64,000 bases of DNA from Promethearchaeota archaeon (lineage in GTDB: Archaea > Asgardarchaeota > Lokiarchaeia > Sigyniarchaeales > SOKP01). A program made the translations under genes and the position numbers. Shown here piece after piece: positions 28,589-37,701 of the stretch. The stretch's first letter is position 1, and the number at the start of each line of letters is the position of its first letter. The notes beneath the pieces were generated by a model that ran no database searches, was not told the DNA's origin, and worked only from the letters and a program-made list of their open reading frames with translations. The stretch lies in NCBI GenBank assembly GCA_048939015.1, contig JBHLPW010000001.1:16185-80184 (forward strand), written 5' to 3'.

Positions 28589-31500
28589 ATGGAAGAGAAA
28601 AAAGAGGAAGAATTCGACGACGAATTCGATGAGAACGGATTTGATCCTACAAAAGAGGCATTTTTTTCTGATATGATGGAAATGGAAGAAGAAATCGCTT
28701 CTGAAGCTTATGAATTGGTTGAACATGCTATTAATTTGATTCAATCTCAATATTATGATGATGGGATTGAAATTTTACGGCAAGCCATTGGGTTATATAG
28801 GCAAATCAATAGAGAAGAGGAAATTAATGCAATTAATGATAAAATATCAGAAATTTACATTCTCAAGGAACAGTCCTTCCGAGAAATAGAAACTAAACCT
28901 ATAAGCGAAGGGGAGGTTATTGAGGAAGCTAAATTGATCGAGGAACATGAAGAGATTGATGAGTTGGAAGTTATTGAAGAAGCTGAGATTGTTGAAGATA
29001 TTGAGACTGAAGCTAAAATGATTAGTGAAGCAGATAAGCTAATAGTTGAAGCTCATCAATTAACTAATTCTGGTCAGTTTGAAGATGCTCTTAATAAGTA
29101 TGATGAAGCTGAAAAAATTCTTGAGAAATTAAATAAATCAGAAGAAGTTGATAGATTATTTGTATTGATTGAAGAATGTTATAGTAGAAAGGCTGAATAT
29201 TTACGTGGTGTTAAGAAAGAAGAAATAGAAGCGGATATGGAATTAGAGGTATCACTAAGCATAGAACAGAAAAAGGAACAAAAATTGGAACAATTTATGG
29301 AGGCTAAAAAGAGAGAAGAGGAAATTTCAACTGAGGCATACGAAATTTTAGATCAAGCAGTAGAAAAAGCTAAAATGTACGAGTATGATCAAGCTATAGA
29401 ATTATATACAAAAGGAATAAGTTTATTTGAGGAACTGAAATGGACATATGAGGTTAACAGAATTCAAGACACTGTTGAACAATTAGAAAAAGAAAAGATT
29501 AATCATCTTAAAGCTGTTGAGAAAGAAAGAATAGAGAGTCAGCAAAAAATTGAAGTTGAATTACAACAAGAGGAAATCATTGATCAGCATGCAAAAGAGA
29601 TAGGTGAGCAGGAAAAACTTGCACAAATGGAAAGGCTGAAAGGAATAGAATTTCAAAAAATGGAACAAGAATTCTTTAAGGCACAAATTGATAATATGGC
29701 AACAGAAGCAGTTAGGATGGCACGTGAATATGAACTTGATATGCAGAAAGCGATTAAAGAGGGAAAATTAGTAGAGGAATGTATATATCCTAAAGTAATT
29801 GAGATTTATAAAAAAATAAAAGATTTATTAATTGATAAAGGTTGGAATAAGGAAGCAGCTATTTATGATGATACAATTGATGTTTATATACAAAAATTCG
29901 AGAATGATAAAAAAATAAGGCAAATTGAGGCAGAGAAAGCTAAAAAGCAAAAAGAGACTGAGGAATTATTAAAAGCCAAGGAACAAGAAGTAGAAGTTCG
30001 AATTAGTGAAGAACAACAACAAATTCTAGAAAAACAACGTCAAAAAACAATAGAGATTGAGAATATTCGAAATGAAATTGATGAAATGACTAAAAAAGCT
30101 GAAAGAATTGCGAGAGAGTATGAAGTAGCATTAAGAAAGGGCAAATTTGAGCTGAAATGTCCTTATCCTAAAATTATAAGCATTTATGAAAGAGCTCAGC
30201 AAATGTCATTAGACAGAGGGTGGGAGACAGACGTTAAAATCTTTGCAAATCAGATTTATAATTATAAACAAAAGTTTGAGAAAGATAATCGATTAAGACA
30301 AGTAGAAGCTGAAAAAGCAAGAAAAAAAGAAGAGATTGAAGAAACATTAAAAGTGAGAAAAGAAGAAACTCATGTAGGACTAGATGTAGAAAAGTTAAAG
30401 CTTCTTGAAGAGCAAAAAAGATTAGAAGAAGAAAAAGAAGATTTTGATTCTACAATCGATATAATGGTAAATCGAGCTGAAAAAATGGTTCGAGAATATA
30501 ATTCTGAAATGAAAAAAGCCATAAAAAAAGGTACATTAGCAGAAAACCCTCCTTTTTTGAAAATTATAGGAATATATGAAAGAGTTAAAAGAATGGTACT
30601 TGAAAGAGGGCGTGAAGAAGAAGCTAAAGCATATAGCACTCAGATTAATTTTTATACTCAAAAATTAGAACAGGATAATAAATTACGAGAAGTAGAGGCT
30701 AAAAAGGCACAGAGAGAAAAAGCACTCGAAGAAATGCATAAGATTGGTAAACAAATTGGTGTAGATGAGGATAAGTTAAGTGCAATAGAAAAAAAGAAAG
30801 AATTAGAAGATTTTGAAAAATATATTGATGAAAGTATAAATAGAGCCGAAAAATTGGTTCGAGATTATGAAATGGCTTTGAGAAAAGCTTTTAAGGATGG
30901 AGAAGTAATAAGAAGTACTCCATATCCTGATGCTATTGAAATTTATAAAGAACTTCGAGAAAAAGTATATGCAAGAGGATGGAAAGATCAAGCTGAAGTG
31001 TATGCTAATCAGATTAAAATTTATCAAGAGAAATTAGATAAGCATGAGAAATTACTAGAAGTTGAGGCTCAAAAAGCTCAAAGAGAAAAAGAAATTGAAG
31101 CAATGCATAAGGTCGAGGGACAAGTTGAAGTTGATCATAAAAAACTAGAAATTATTGAAAGAGAAAGAGAGGAAAAAGAATTCCAGGAATATATTGCTGA
31201 AGAAATCAAGAAAGCAGGAAAACTTGAAAGAGAATTTGATTTAACTATGAAAAAAGCTATAAAAAAAGGAGAAATAATGGAACAAACACCTTATCCTGAA
31301 ATAATTGAACTTTATAAAATATTACGAGAAAAAGTGTATGTAAGAGGATGGAGAGATCAAGCTGAAGTATATGCTAATCAGATTAAAATCTATCAAGAGA
31401 AGTTAGAGAAGCATGAGAGATTACTAGAAGTTGAGGCTCAAAAAGCCCAAAGAGAAAGAGACATTGAAGAGATGCATAAATCCGCAAAAGAAGTCGAAGT

Positions 31501-34500
31501 GGACCAGGAAAAACTAGTAAGTGTTGATATTAAGAAAGAAGAAAAAGAATTTCAGAAATTTATAACGGGAGAAGTAAATAAAGCAGAGAAACTTGAAAGA
31601 GAATTCGATTCAGTTATGAAAAAAGCTATTAAAAAAGGCGAAATTTTAGAACAAACGCCCTATCTTGAAATAATAAACATATATAAAGAAATACGAGAAA
31701 AAGTGTATGCAAGAGGATGGAGAGATCAAGCTGAAGTATATGCTAATCAGATTAAAATTTATCAAGAGAAGTTAGAGAAACATGAGAAATTACTAGAAGT
31801 TGAGGCTCAAAAAGCCCAAAAAGAAAGAGATATTGAAGAGATGCATAAGTTAGCAAAGGATATTCATGTAGATCAAAAGAAAATGGCTGTTCTTGACAAG
31901 AAAAAAGAGGAAAAAGATTTTCAAGGTTATATAACAGGAGAAGTAAATAAAGCAGAGAAACTTGAAAGAGAATTCGATTCAGTTATGAAAAAAGCTATTA
32001 AAAAAGGCGAAATTTTAGAACAAACGCCCTATCTTGAAATAATAAACATATATAAAGAAATACGAGAAAAAGTGTATGCAAGAGGATGGAGAGATCAAGC
32101 TGAAGTATATGCTAATCAGATTAAAATCTATCAAGAGAAGTTAGAGAAGCATGAGAGATTACTAGAAGTTGAGGCTCAAAAAGCCCAAAGAGAAAGAGAC
32201 ATTGAAGAGATGCATAAATCCGCAAAAGAAGTCGAAGTGGACCAGGAAAAACTAGTAAGTGTTGATATTAAGAAAGAAGAAAAAGAATTTCAGAAATTTA
32301 TAACAGGAGAAGTAAATAAAGCAGAGAAACTTGAAAGAGAATTCGATTCAGTTATGAAAAAAGCTATTAAAAAGGGGGAAGTTCTAGAACAAACGCCCTA
32401 TCTTGAAATAATAAACATATATAAAGAAATACGAGAAAAAGTGTATGCAAGAGGATGGAAAGATCAAGCTGAAGTATATGCTAATCAGATTAAAATCTAT
32501 CAAGAGAAGTTAGAGAAGCATGAGAGATTACTAGAAGTTGAGGCTCAAAAAGCCCAAAGAGAAAAAGAATTAGAAGAATTACAAAAAGCTGGAAGAAAAG
32601 AAGTCAAACCCTTTAAACCTGAGAAATTAGAGGAACTTAAAGCTGAAAAAGAAGAGGATATATTAGTAGATAAAGCAATGAATCTCATTGATGAGGCAGA
32701 AAAGGATGTAAAGAGTTATGAATTAAGCATGAAGAAAGATATTTTAGCATATTCCAGTCCTTATGAGCAAGCAATATCAAATTATGAAGAAGCTCGAGAA
32801 TTATTCAAAAAAGTTGGTTGGAATGATGAAGCTAATCGTTTGATTAATACAATCAATTTCTATAAAGATAAAAAAGAAAAAGATGAGAAATTAAGAGAAA
32901 TAGAGGAAGAAAAATTAAAGAAACCTGAGTTTGAAATGATAGCAACTCAATATGATGTTGATAAAGATTTTCAAGAAAGACAAAAAAGACTATTAGAAAT
33001 TCAACAGAAAAAGAAGGAAAGTGATGATATTGCTGCAGGAATTTTTAATATGATTCAAGATGCTGAAAGAATGGCTCAGGAATATGAATTAAATATAAAA
33101 AGTGGGATTTTTAATTTCGAGGCACCATATGAAACGATTATTGAAATTTATCGAGAAGCAAGAAAAGAATTCGAAAAAATAGATTGGAAAGAAGAATCAG
33201 CTAAACTAATCGAAACGATTAATTTTTACAAGGAAAAATTAGCAAACGATAATAAAATACGTGCCTTAGAAGCTGAAAAAGTTAAGAAACGAGAAGAAGA
33301 GTTAATGCTTCAACAAAAATTGCTTGAACAAGCAAGAGTTGAACAAGAACAAATATTAAAACAACGAAAAGAGACTTTACATTTGAAAGAAGAACGAATA
33401 GCTCAATTTGAAACAAAAAAAGATAAAGCATTTCGTTTAATGGATCAAGCTAAGCGTGAATTAAGACAAAATCAATTTGATAAAGCGATTGAAATTTATA
33501 AAGAAAGTGAAGAAATATTTTCAGAAATAGAATGGCAAGAAGGAATCAGGATGGTTCGTGATTCGATTACAATGATTATGAATAAGAAAAAAGCTTATGA
33601 ACTTGAACAAGAAGCACTCGAAAAGAAAAAAGTTGAAAAACTCCTTATTGAAGAAAAATTGGAAGAAAAGTTAGTTGAGGCTCAAATTATAAAAGAGCGA
33701 CAACAAGAAGAGAAAAGAAAGGAATTACTTAAAATTCAGAGAGCAAAGGAGCAGGAAAGAGAAATATCTGAAGAAGCATATGGACTTTTAGAAGAAGGCA
33801 CCCGATTAATGGATCGAGGTAAATTTATTGAAGCATACGAGAATTATATAGCTGCGCGAGAATTATTTCAACAAATATCTTGGCAAAGAGAAGTTTCACG
33901 GATAAATAATGACCTTTTATTCAAACTTAAGAAGGAACAAAAGCAGGCTGAGATTCTAAAAGAAATTAAAATAAAGAAAATTGAAGAAGAAAAAGAAATG
34001 ACTTTATTAAAGCAACAAGCTAAAATAGAACGTAAAGAACTTGAAAAAAGAAAGAAGGAAGAGAAACGTAAACTTGCTAAAGAAGAACTTGAAAAAAAAA
34101 TATCTATAAAATTAAATAGAGCAAAAAGATTAATTGAAGAGTTTAGATACAACGAGGGAGTTTTAATTCTGAGAGAAGAAATCCAAAGATTAACGAAATT
34201 AGATAAACTAGCTGAAATCGAAATGATAAACGAGCAAATTAGTAATATTAAAACTGAAACCCAAATTCCATTAATAACATATGATACACCTTTTGATCTT
34301 TTTGAAAATAAGAACTTTGAATCTGCCTATAAAGCGTTGGATAGAGCTCTTGTATCAATAAACAATAACCGTTTGAAAAAATCTATTTCTGAATTAAATG
34401 AGGCAAAATTCAAACTTGAAGAACTTAAATTTGGACAAAATTTTATTAATTTAATTAATGAAAAATTAATTGAGTTCAAAACTGAGATAAGTAAGAGCCC

Positions 34501-34633
34501 AATTAAAGAAATACATGAAGTTAAAAAAGAAATTGTTATAGATGAGATGGAAGAACTTAGAAAACGTGTTGCTGCGAGAAGGGAAGAAAGAAGGAGAAAA
34601 GTTTTAGATTTATTGGGAAAGAGCGATGAATGA
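28589..34633 (+). CDS. Giant (~2,014 aa) repeat protein: array of three-helix MIT/TPR-like modules separated by charged coiled-coil spacers
   Basis: Single uninterrupted ORF (TTG 28580 or, more likely, ATG 28589). E/K/R/Q-dominated, with a strict ~123-aa periodicity carrying conserved PY, GW and YANQIKIY positions. Confidence 0.85.
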   Translation: MEEKKEEEFDDEFDENGFDPTKEAFFSDMMEMEEEIASEAYELVEHAINLIQSQYYDDGIEILRQAIGLYRQINREEEINAINDKISEIYILKEQSFREIETKPISEGEVIEEAKLIEEHEEIDELEVIEEAEIVEDIETEAKMISEADKLIVEAHQLTNSGQFEDALNKYDEAEKILEKLNKSEEVDRLFVLIEECYSRKAEYLRGVKKEEIEADMELEVSLSIEQKKEQKLEQFMEAKKREEEISTEAYEILDQAVEKAKMYEYDQAIELYTKGISLFEELKWTYEVNRIQDTVEQLEKEKINHLKAVEKERIESQQKIEVELQQEEIIDQHAKEIGEQEKLAQMERLKGIEFQKMEQEFFKAQIDNMATEAVRMAREYELDMQKAIKEGKLVEECIYPKVIEIYKKIKDLLIDKGWNKEAAIYDDTIDVYIQKFENDKKIRQIEAEKAKKQKETEELLKAKEQEVEVRISEEQQQILEKQRQKTIEIENIRNEIDEMTKKAERIAREYEVALRKGKFELKCPYPKIISIYERAQQMSLDRGWETDVKIFANQIYNYKQKFEKDNRLRQVEAEKARKKEEIEETLKVRKEETHVGLDVEKLKLLEEQKRLEEEKEDFDSTIDIMVNRAEKMVREYNSEMKKAIKKGTLAENPPFLKIIGIYERVKRMVLERGREEEAKAYSTQINFYTQKLEQDNKLREVEAKKAQREKALEEMHKIGKQIGVDEDKLSAIEKKKELEDFEKYIDESINRAEKLVRDYEMALRKAFKDGEVIRSTPYPDAIEIYKELREKVYARGWKDQAEVYANQIKIYQEKLDKHEKLLEVEAQKAQREKEIEAMHKVEGQVEVDHKKLEIIEREREEKEFQEYIAEEIKKAGKLEREFDLTMKKAIKKGEIMEQTPYPEIIELYKILREKVYVRGWRDQAEVYANQIKIYQEKLEKHERLLEVEAQKAQRERDIEEMHKSAKEVEVDQEKLVSVDIKKEEKEFQKFITGEVNKAEKLEREFDSVMKKAIKKGEILEQTPYLEIINIYKEIREKVYARGWRDQAEVYANQIKIYQEKLEKHEKLLEVEAQKAQKERDIEEMHKLAKDIHVDQKKMAVLDKKKEEKDFQGYITGEVNKAEKLEREFDSVMKKAIKKGEILEQTPYLEIINIYKEIREKVYARGWRDQAEVYANQIKIYQEKLEKHERLLEVEAQKAQRERDIEEMHKSAKEVEVDQEKLVSVDIKKEEKEFQKFITGEVNKAEKLEREFDSVMKKAIKKGEVLEQTPYLEIINIYKEIREKVYARGWKDQAEVYANQIKIYQEKLEKHERLLEVEAQKAQREKELEELQKAGRKEVKPFKPEKLEELKAEKEEDILVDKAMNLIDEAEKDVKSYELSMKKDILAYSSPYEQAISNYEEARELFKKVGWNDEANRLINTINFYKDKKEKDEKLREIEEEKLKKPEFEMIATQYDVDKDFQERQKRLLEIQQKKKESDDIAAGIFNMIQDAERMAQEYELNIKSGIFNFEAPYETIIEIYREARKEFEKIDWKEESAKLIETINFYKEKLANDNKIRALEAEKVKKREEELMLQQKLLEQARVEQEQILKQRKETLHLKEERIAQFETKKDKAFRLMDQAKRELRQNQFDKAIEIYKESEEIFSEIEWQEGIRMVRDSITMIMNKKKAYELEQEALEKKKVEKLLIEEKLEEKLVEAQIIKERQQEEKRKELLKIQRAKEQEREISEEAYGLLEEGTRLMDRGKFIEAYENYIAARELFQQISWQREVSRINNDLLFKLKKEQKQAEILKEIKIKKIEEEKEMTLLKQQAKIERKELEKRKKEEKRKLAKEELEKKISIKLNRAKRLIEEFRYNEGVLILREEIQRLTKLDKLAEIEMINEQISNIKTETQIPLITYDTPFDLFENKNFESAYKALDRALVSINNNRLKKSISELNEAKFKLEELKFGQNFINLINEKLIEFKTEISKSPIKEIHEVKKEIVIDEMEELRKRVAARREERRRKVLDLLGKSDE
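29708..33448 (+). repeat. Ten tandem in-frame modules of 366-390 nt (122-130 aa) inside the giant gene
   Basis: Module starts (A-E/G-K/R...EY/F-E/D) are at 29708, 30098, 30476, 30845, 31214, 31583, 31952, 32321, 32696 and 33062. The next, more degenerate module starts at 33449. Confidence 0.85.
31342..32304 (+). repeat. Near-identical repeat core with long perfect direct repeats
   Basis: By direct comparison, 31568-31758 equals 31937-32127 (191 nt, offset 369) and 31342-31566 equals 32080-32304 (225 nt, offset 738). Confidence 0.8.
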
Positions 34634-34683
34634 AATATTTATTATTTTAAGAAAATAATTTAAAAAAGAATAAAAAAATTTAG

Positions 34684-34944
34684 TTAGATTAATAAGTTTT
34701 CTTGAATCTCATTTTCTACTTCTGATTCTATTAAACTCGGTTCAATATTTCTATTTACTGATTCTTCTATTAGATACTCAGTTTTAATTAAATCTCTAAT
34801 GGCGACTCGTATGGCTTCTGATCTATTTGGAAATTTCCCATCAATAACAAGTATCTCTAAGACTTTTAAATAAGATTCTGGTAAATTAACTGAAATTAAT
34901 TTAATGTTAGACACCAATTTTTTTACATATTGATGAATATACAT
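34684..34944 (-). CDS. Ribbon-helix-helix (CopG family) transcriptional regulator
   Basis: KLISVNLPESYLKVLEILVIDGKFPNRSEAIRVAIRDLI is the beta-strand/helix/helix RHH signature. Confidence 0.65.
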   Translation of the reverse strand: MYIHQYVKKLVSNIKLISVNLPESYLKVLEILVIDGKFPNRSEAIRVAIRDLIKTEYLIEESVNRNIEPSLIESEVENEIQENLLI

Positions 34945-35112
34945 ATCACCTTAATAATATTTAAAGGTTTAGTGGAAATTGACCCCAAGAAGTCCGACAG
35001 AATATCTAAATAAAATTTTATAATAGTTTTGAATAATGTTTTTCTTGTTTTTCCGTAAAAAGTTATAGTCCAAAACCTATTTTGAATTCAGATTTTTAGA
35101 CCAATCCAAAAA

Positions 35113-35144
35113 TTTTTATATAGTGTTACATGTAACGTGTAACA
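35113..35144. promoter_or_regulatory. TATA-like box followed by overlapping palindromes (candidate operator)
   Basis: tttttatata (35113-35122), then TGTTACATGTAACGTGTAACA. GTTACATGTAAC (35125-35136) is a perfect 12-bp palindrome. TGTTACA (35124-35130) and TGTAACA (35138-35144) are inverted repeats. An AGGAGG Shine-Dalgarno-like site lies at 35199-35204 before the ATG at 35211. Confidence 0.4.
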
Positions 35145-35210
35145 ATAGAATATATAAGTATTTCTAAAAAAAGATTACAAAAAGCAAATACCAAATTAGG
35201 AGGAAAAAAT

Positions 35211-35528
35211 ATGTCAAGTATTGAAAACCAATTAAAAGATCATTTAAAAAATGGAAATGATTGGGAAAAAATGGAGACCCCTGTTCCGGGTGTTTTTGTA
35301 GTAAAGGTGCCCGCAACAAAAACGAAACCTGCATTACTCTTCTTAGAAATTAATCCTTTAAAGGACGATGGAAAACCTTTAAAAAAGAGAGGATTATTTG
35401 TAGGAAATAAAGAAATGCTTTTAAAATTTAGTGAAGCATTGAATGATGATAAAACATTTCAATTAATTGGGGAATTAGAAAAAATTAATCCGGAATCAAC
35501 GAAAAATACTAAAAAACTAAAGATGTAA
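35211..35528 (+). CDS. Hypothetical 105-aa protein
   Basis: ATG preceded by aggagg. No family recognised. Confidence 0.5.
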   Translation: MSSIENQLKDHLKNGNDWEKMETPVPGVFVVKVPATKTKPALLFLEINPLKDDGKPLKKRGLFVGNKEMLLKFSEALNDDKTFQLIGELEKINPESTKNTKKLKM

Positions 35529-35734
35529 ACATAATATAGCTTAGATCTATTTCTTGATTTCAAAATTTTTTATAAGTGGTTTTTAGTTTTAAGAAAATAT
35601 TTTATTTATAGATTTATTATTACTTTAATATTCTACCCATAAATAATAAAGATTTTAATTAAATTAATTACTCAATATAAGAATAAAAAGGTCAAATCCA
35701 AATAATTATTAAAAGTTAGAGTTGAATTAAAGAA

Positions 35735-36019
35735 ATGTCTGAAGAGGATGGAGTTCACTGTATAGTGTGTGGAAAGGACTCCTTCAATCTTGCACACGAT
35801 GAATGGATGCGAAGGGCTTTTCCATTTGTTGAACAAGGACAACTAAAGATGTGTTCTGGATGTGGAGCTAAATATCTTGTATGTGCAAATTGTGGAGGCT
35901 TGTATTGTCGAATTCATCCCGCTCTCGAGAGTTGGGAACTTCCAGATAAATGTCCTAAATGTGGATGGGTAAATGAAAGTGTTAAAGCCTGGGATGGAAC
36001 ATCTGCTCGCCACTTTTAA
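35735..36019 (+). CDS. Cysteine-rich protein with two predicted zinc ribbons
   Basis: Four CxxC pairs (CIVCG, CSGCG, CANCG, CPKCG) plus one extra Cys in 94 aa. Confidence 0.55.
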   Translation: MSEEDGVHCIVCGKDSFNLAHDEWMRRAFPFVEQGQLKMCSGCGAKYLVCANCGGLYCRIHPALESWELPDKCPKCGWVNESVKAWDGTSARHF

Positions 36020-36198
36020 CATTTTTGATTGTAAATATTTATTTTATTTTAATTTTTTTAAAAAAAGATCGTTTTAATGAAAAGATGTATTAAATATCAT
36101 CTCACATGTTATTTTATTAAATTTTAGTCAAGAAAATTTAAATTATAAAATAGCAATAATTACTTTAATACAAAATATATGACATTTACGAATGGATT

Positions 36199-36666
36199 AT
36201 GAGCTCAAATATTAAAGTTGAAGTAGCTTCACCGGATCACATTGAAGACTTAAAGGATTTAACTAAAGAATTAGTAGAAGGATTAGGACAAAAATTTGAT
36301 CCCAAACGTTTTGACTGGGGAATTCGTCGTCGACTTTACGATCCACTACAGCGCCATGGTATATTAATAGCTATTGATGAATATTCAGAGGAGATTGCAG
36401 GAATGATTATTGCTGAATTAAGAATTGACCCATTTGGTTCATCAGAAGGTTACATAAAACAATTTTTTTTGAAAAAACAATATCGAAAAAAAGGAACTGG
36501 TAGTCTATTATTAGAAAAAGCATTAGAACATTTAAAGAAAATCAAGGTAGAGAAAGTTAGAGTAAACATTAAGGAAAGGGCATTAGACGCTTCAAAACTC
36601 TATGAGAAAATGAAATTCAAGAAAGTATATGAAGTCTTAGAATTGGACTTAATGGATGAGAGCTAA
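36199..36666 (+). CDS. GNAT-family N-acetyltransferase
   Basis: The acetyl-CoA-binding motif region KKQYRKKGTGSLLLEKALEHLKK (Q/RxxGxG/A type), and a length of 155 aa. Confidence 0.75.
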   Translation: MSSNIKVEVASPDHIEDLKDLTKELVEGLGQKFDPKRFDWGIRRRLYDPLQRHGILIAIDEYSEEIAGMIIAELRIDPFGSSEGYIKQFFLKKQYRKKGTGSLLLEKALEHLKKIKVEKVRVNIKERALDASKLYEKMKFKKVYEVLELDLMDES

Positions 36667-36690
36667 TAAAATCATTGTTAGATTAAGAAT

Positions 36691-37656
36691 ATGAGCTTAG
36701 ATACACCTTGGGTAGAAAAATATCGACCACACACATTTGAAGAAATTGTAAGTCAGAGTATTGCTATAAAAAATTTAAAAGAATTTGCAAAATCAACTAA
36801 TATTCCTCATATCATTTTTGCTGGTCCAGCAGGAACTGGAAAAACTAGTACAGCTTTAATAATAGCAAGGTATTTTCTTAAAGAAGAGGAATTTGAAACA
36901 AATCTCTTAGAATTAAATGCTTCAGATACCGTTAGAATTGATTTTGTTAGGAGTATTCTTAAAAATTTTGTCAATCAAAATATAATTAGAAATGGTGCGA
37001 TAAAATTTGTAATTTTAGATGAAGCTGATAATATACCTGGACAAGTTCAACAAGCTCTTAGAAGAATTATAGAAAAAGCATCTATTAATGTTAAATTCAT
37101 TTTTTTATGCAATTATATCAATAAAATAATAGATCCAATCGTTTCTCGATGTGCAGTATTTAGATTTGTAAACTTACCAAAAGAAAGCATAATAGATAGA
37201 CTAAAATATATTACTCAACAAGAAAAGTTAAAAATCCCTTCTAAAAAAGCCGAACAGTTTTACAATCAATTATTTTTTATTTCAGGAGGAGATTTAAGAA
37301 AAGCAATTAATACTCTTCAGATGGCTGTGTCTCTAGAACTTTTGGAAAATTTAGATTTAAACGAAATATTAAGAATTTCTGGATTTTTAGATAAAGATAC
37401 GTTAAATAACTTAATTTCAACATTAAAAAGTAAAGATTTTAAGAGTTCAAAAGATATTATAGATTCAATTGAAATTCTTGACTGTAACAATTTCATAAGA
37501 CAAATATCAGAAGTTTTATCGCTATTACCTTTAGATCCCAGAAATTTAAGTAATTTAAAGACATATTTAGGGGAAATTGATTTTCGATTAAGTCAAGGTG
37601 CTGATGAAAAAATCCAAATTACAGCACTTTTAGCAGAAATTATTGAAAATTTATAA
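36691..37656 (+). CDS. rfcS: Replication factor C small subunit
   Basis: PWVEKYRP, Walker A GPAGTGKTS, Walker B ILDEADNI, arginine-finger SRCAVFRF, sensor-2 GGDLRKAIN. Confidence 0.9.
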   Translation: MSLDTPWVEKYRPHTFEEIVSQSIAIKNLKEFAKSTNIPHIIFAGPAGTGKTSTALIIARYFLKEEEFETNLLELNASDTVRIDFVRSILKNFVNQNIIRNGAIKFVILDEADNIPGQVQQALRRIIEKASINVKFIFLCNYINKIIDPIVSRCAVFRFVNLPKESIIDRLKYITQQEKLKIPSKKAEQFYNQLFFISGGDLRKAINTLQMAVSLELLENLDLNEILRISGFLDKDTLNNLISTLKSKDFKSSKDIIDSIEILDCNNFIRQISEVLSLLPLDPRNLSNLKTYLGEIDFRLSQGADEKIQITALLAEIIENL

Positions 37657-37701
37657 GATTTAGAAATATTTAAAAAAAAATTAATCTTAAGGTTAAGAGA
37701 T

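Noticed and set aside
29708-33448. Regular ~369-nt direct repeats, considered as a possible CRISPR-like or satellite array.
   Set aside because: The repeats are in frame inside one continuous ORF, and the period is a multiple of 3. There are no short repeat/spacer alternations or cas genes. They are protein-module repeats.
34684-34944. RHH protein, considered as an antitoxin of a toxin-antitoxin pair.
   Set aside because: No co-directional small toxin-like gene is adjacent. Its neighbour is divergent, and the other side is the end of the giant gene.
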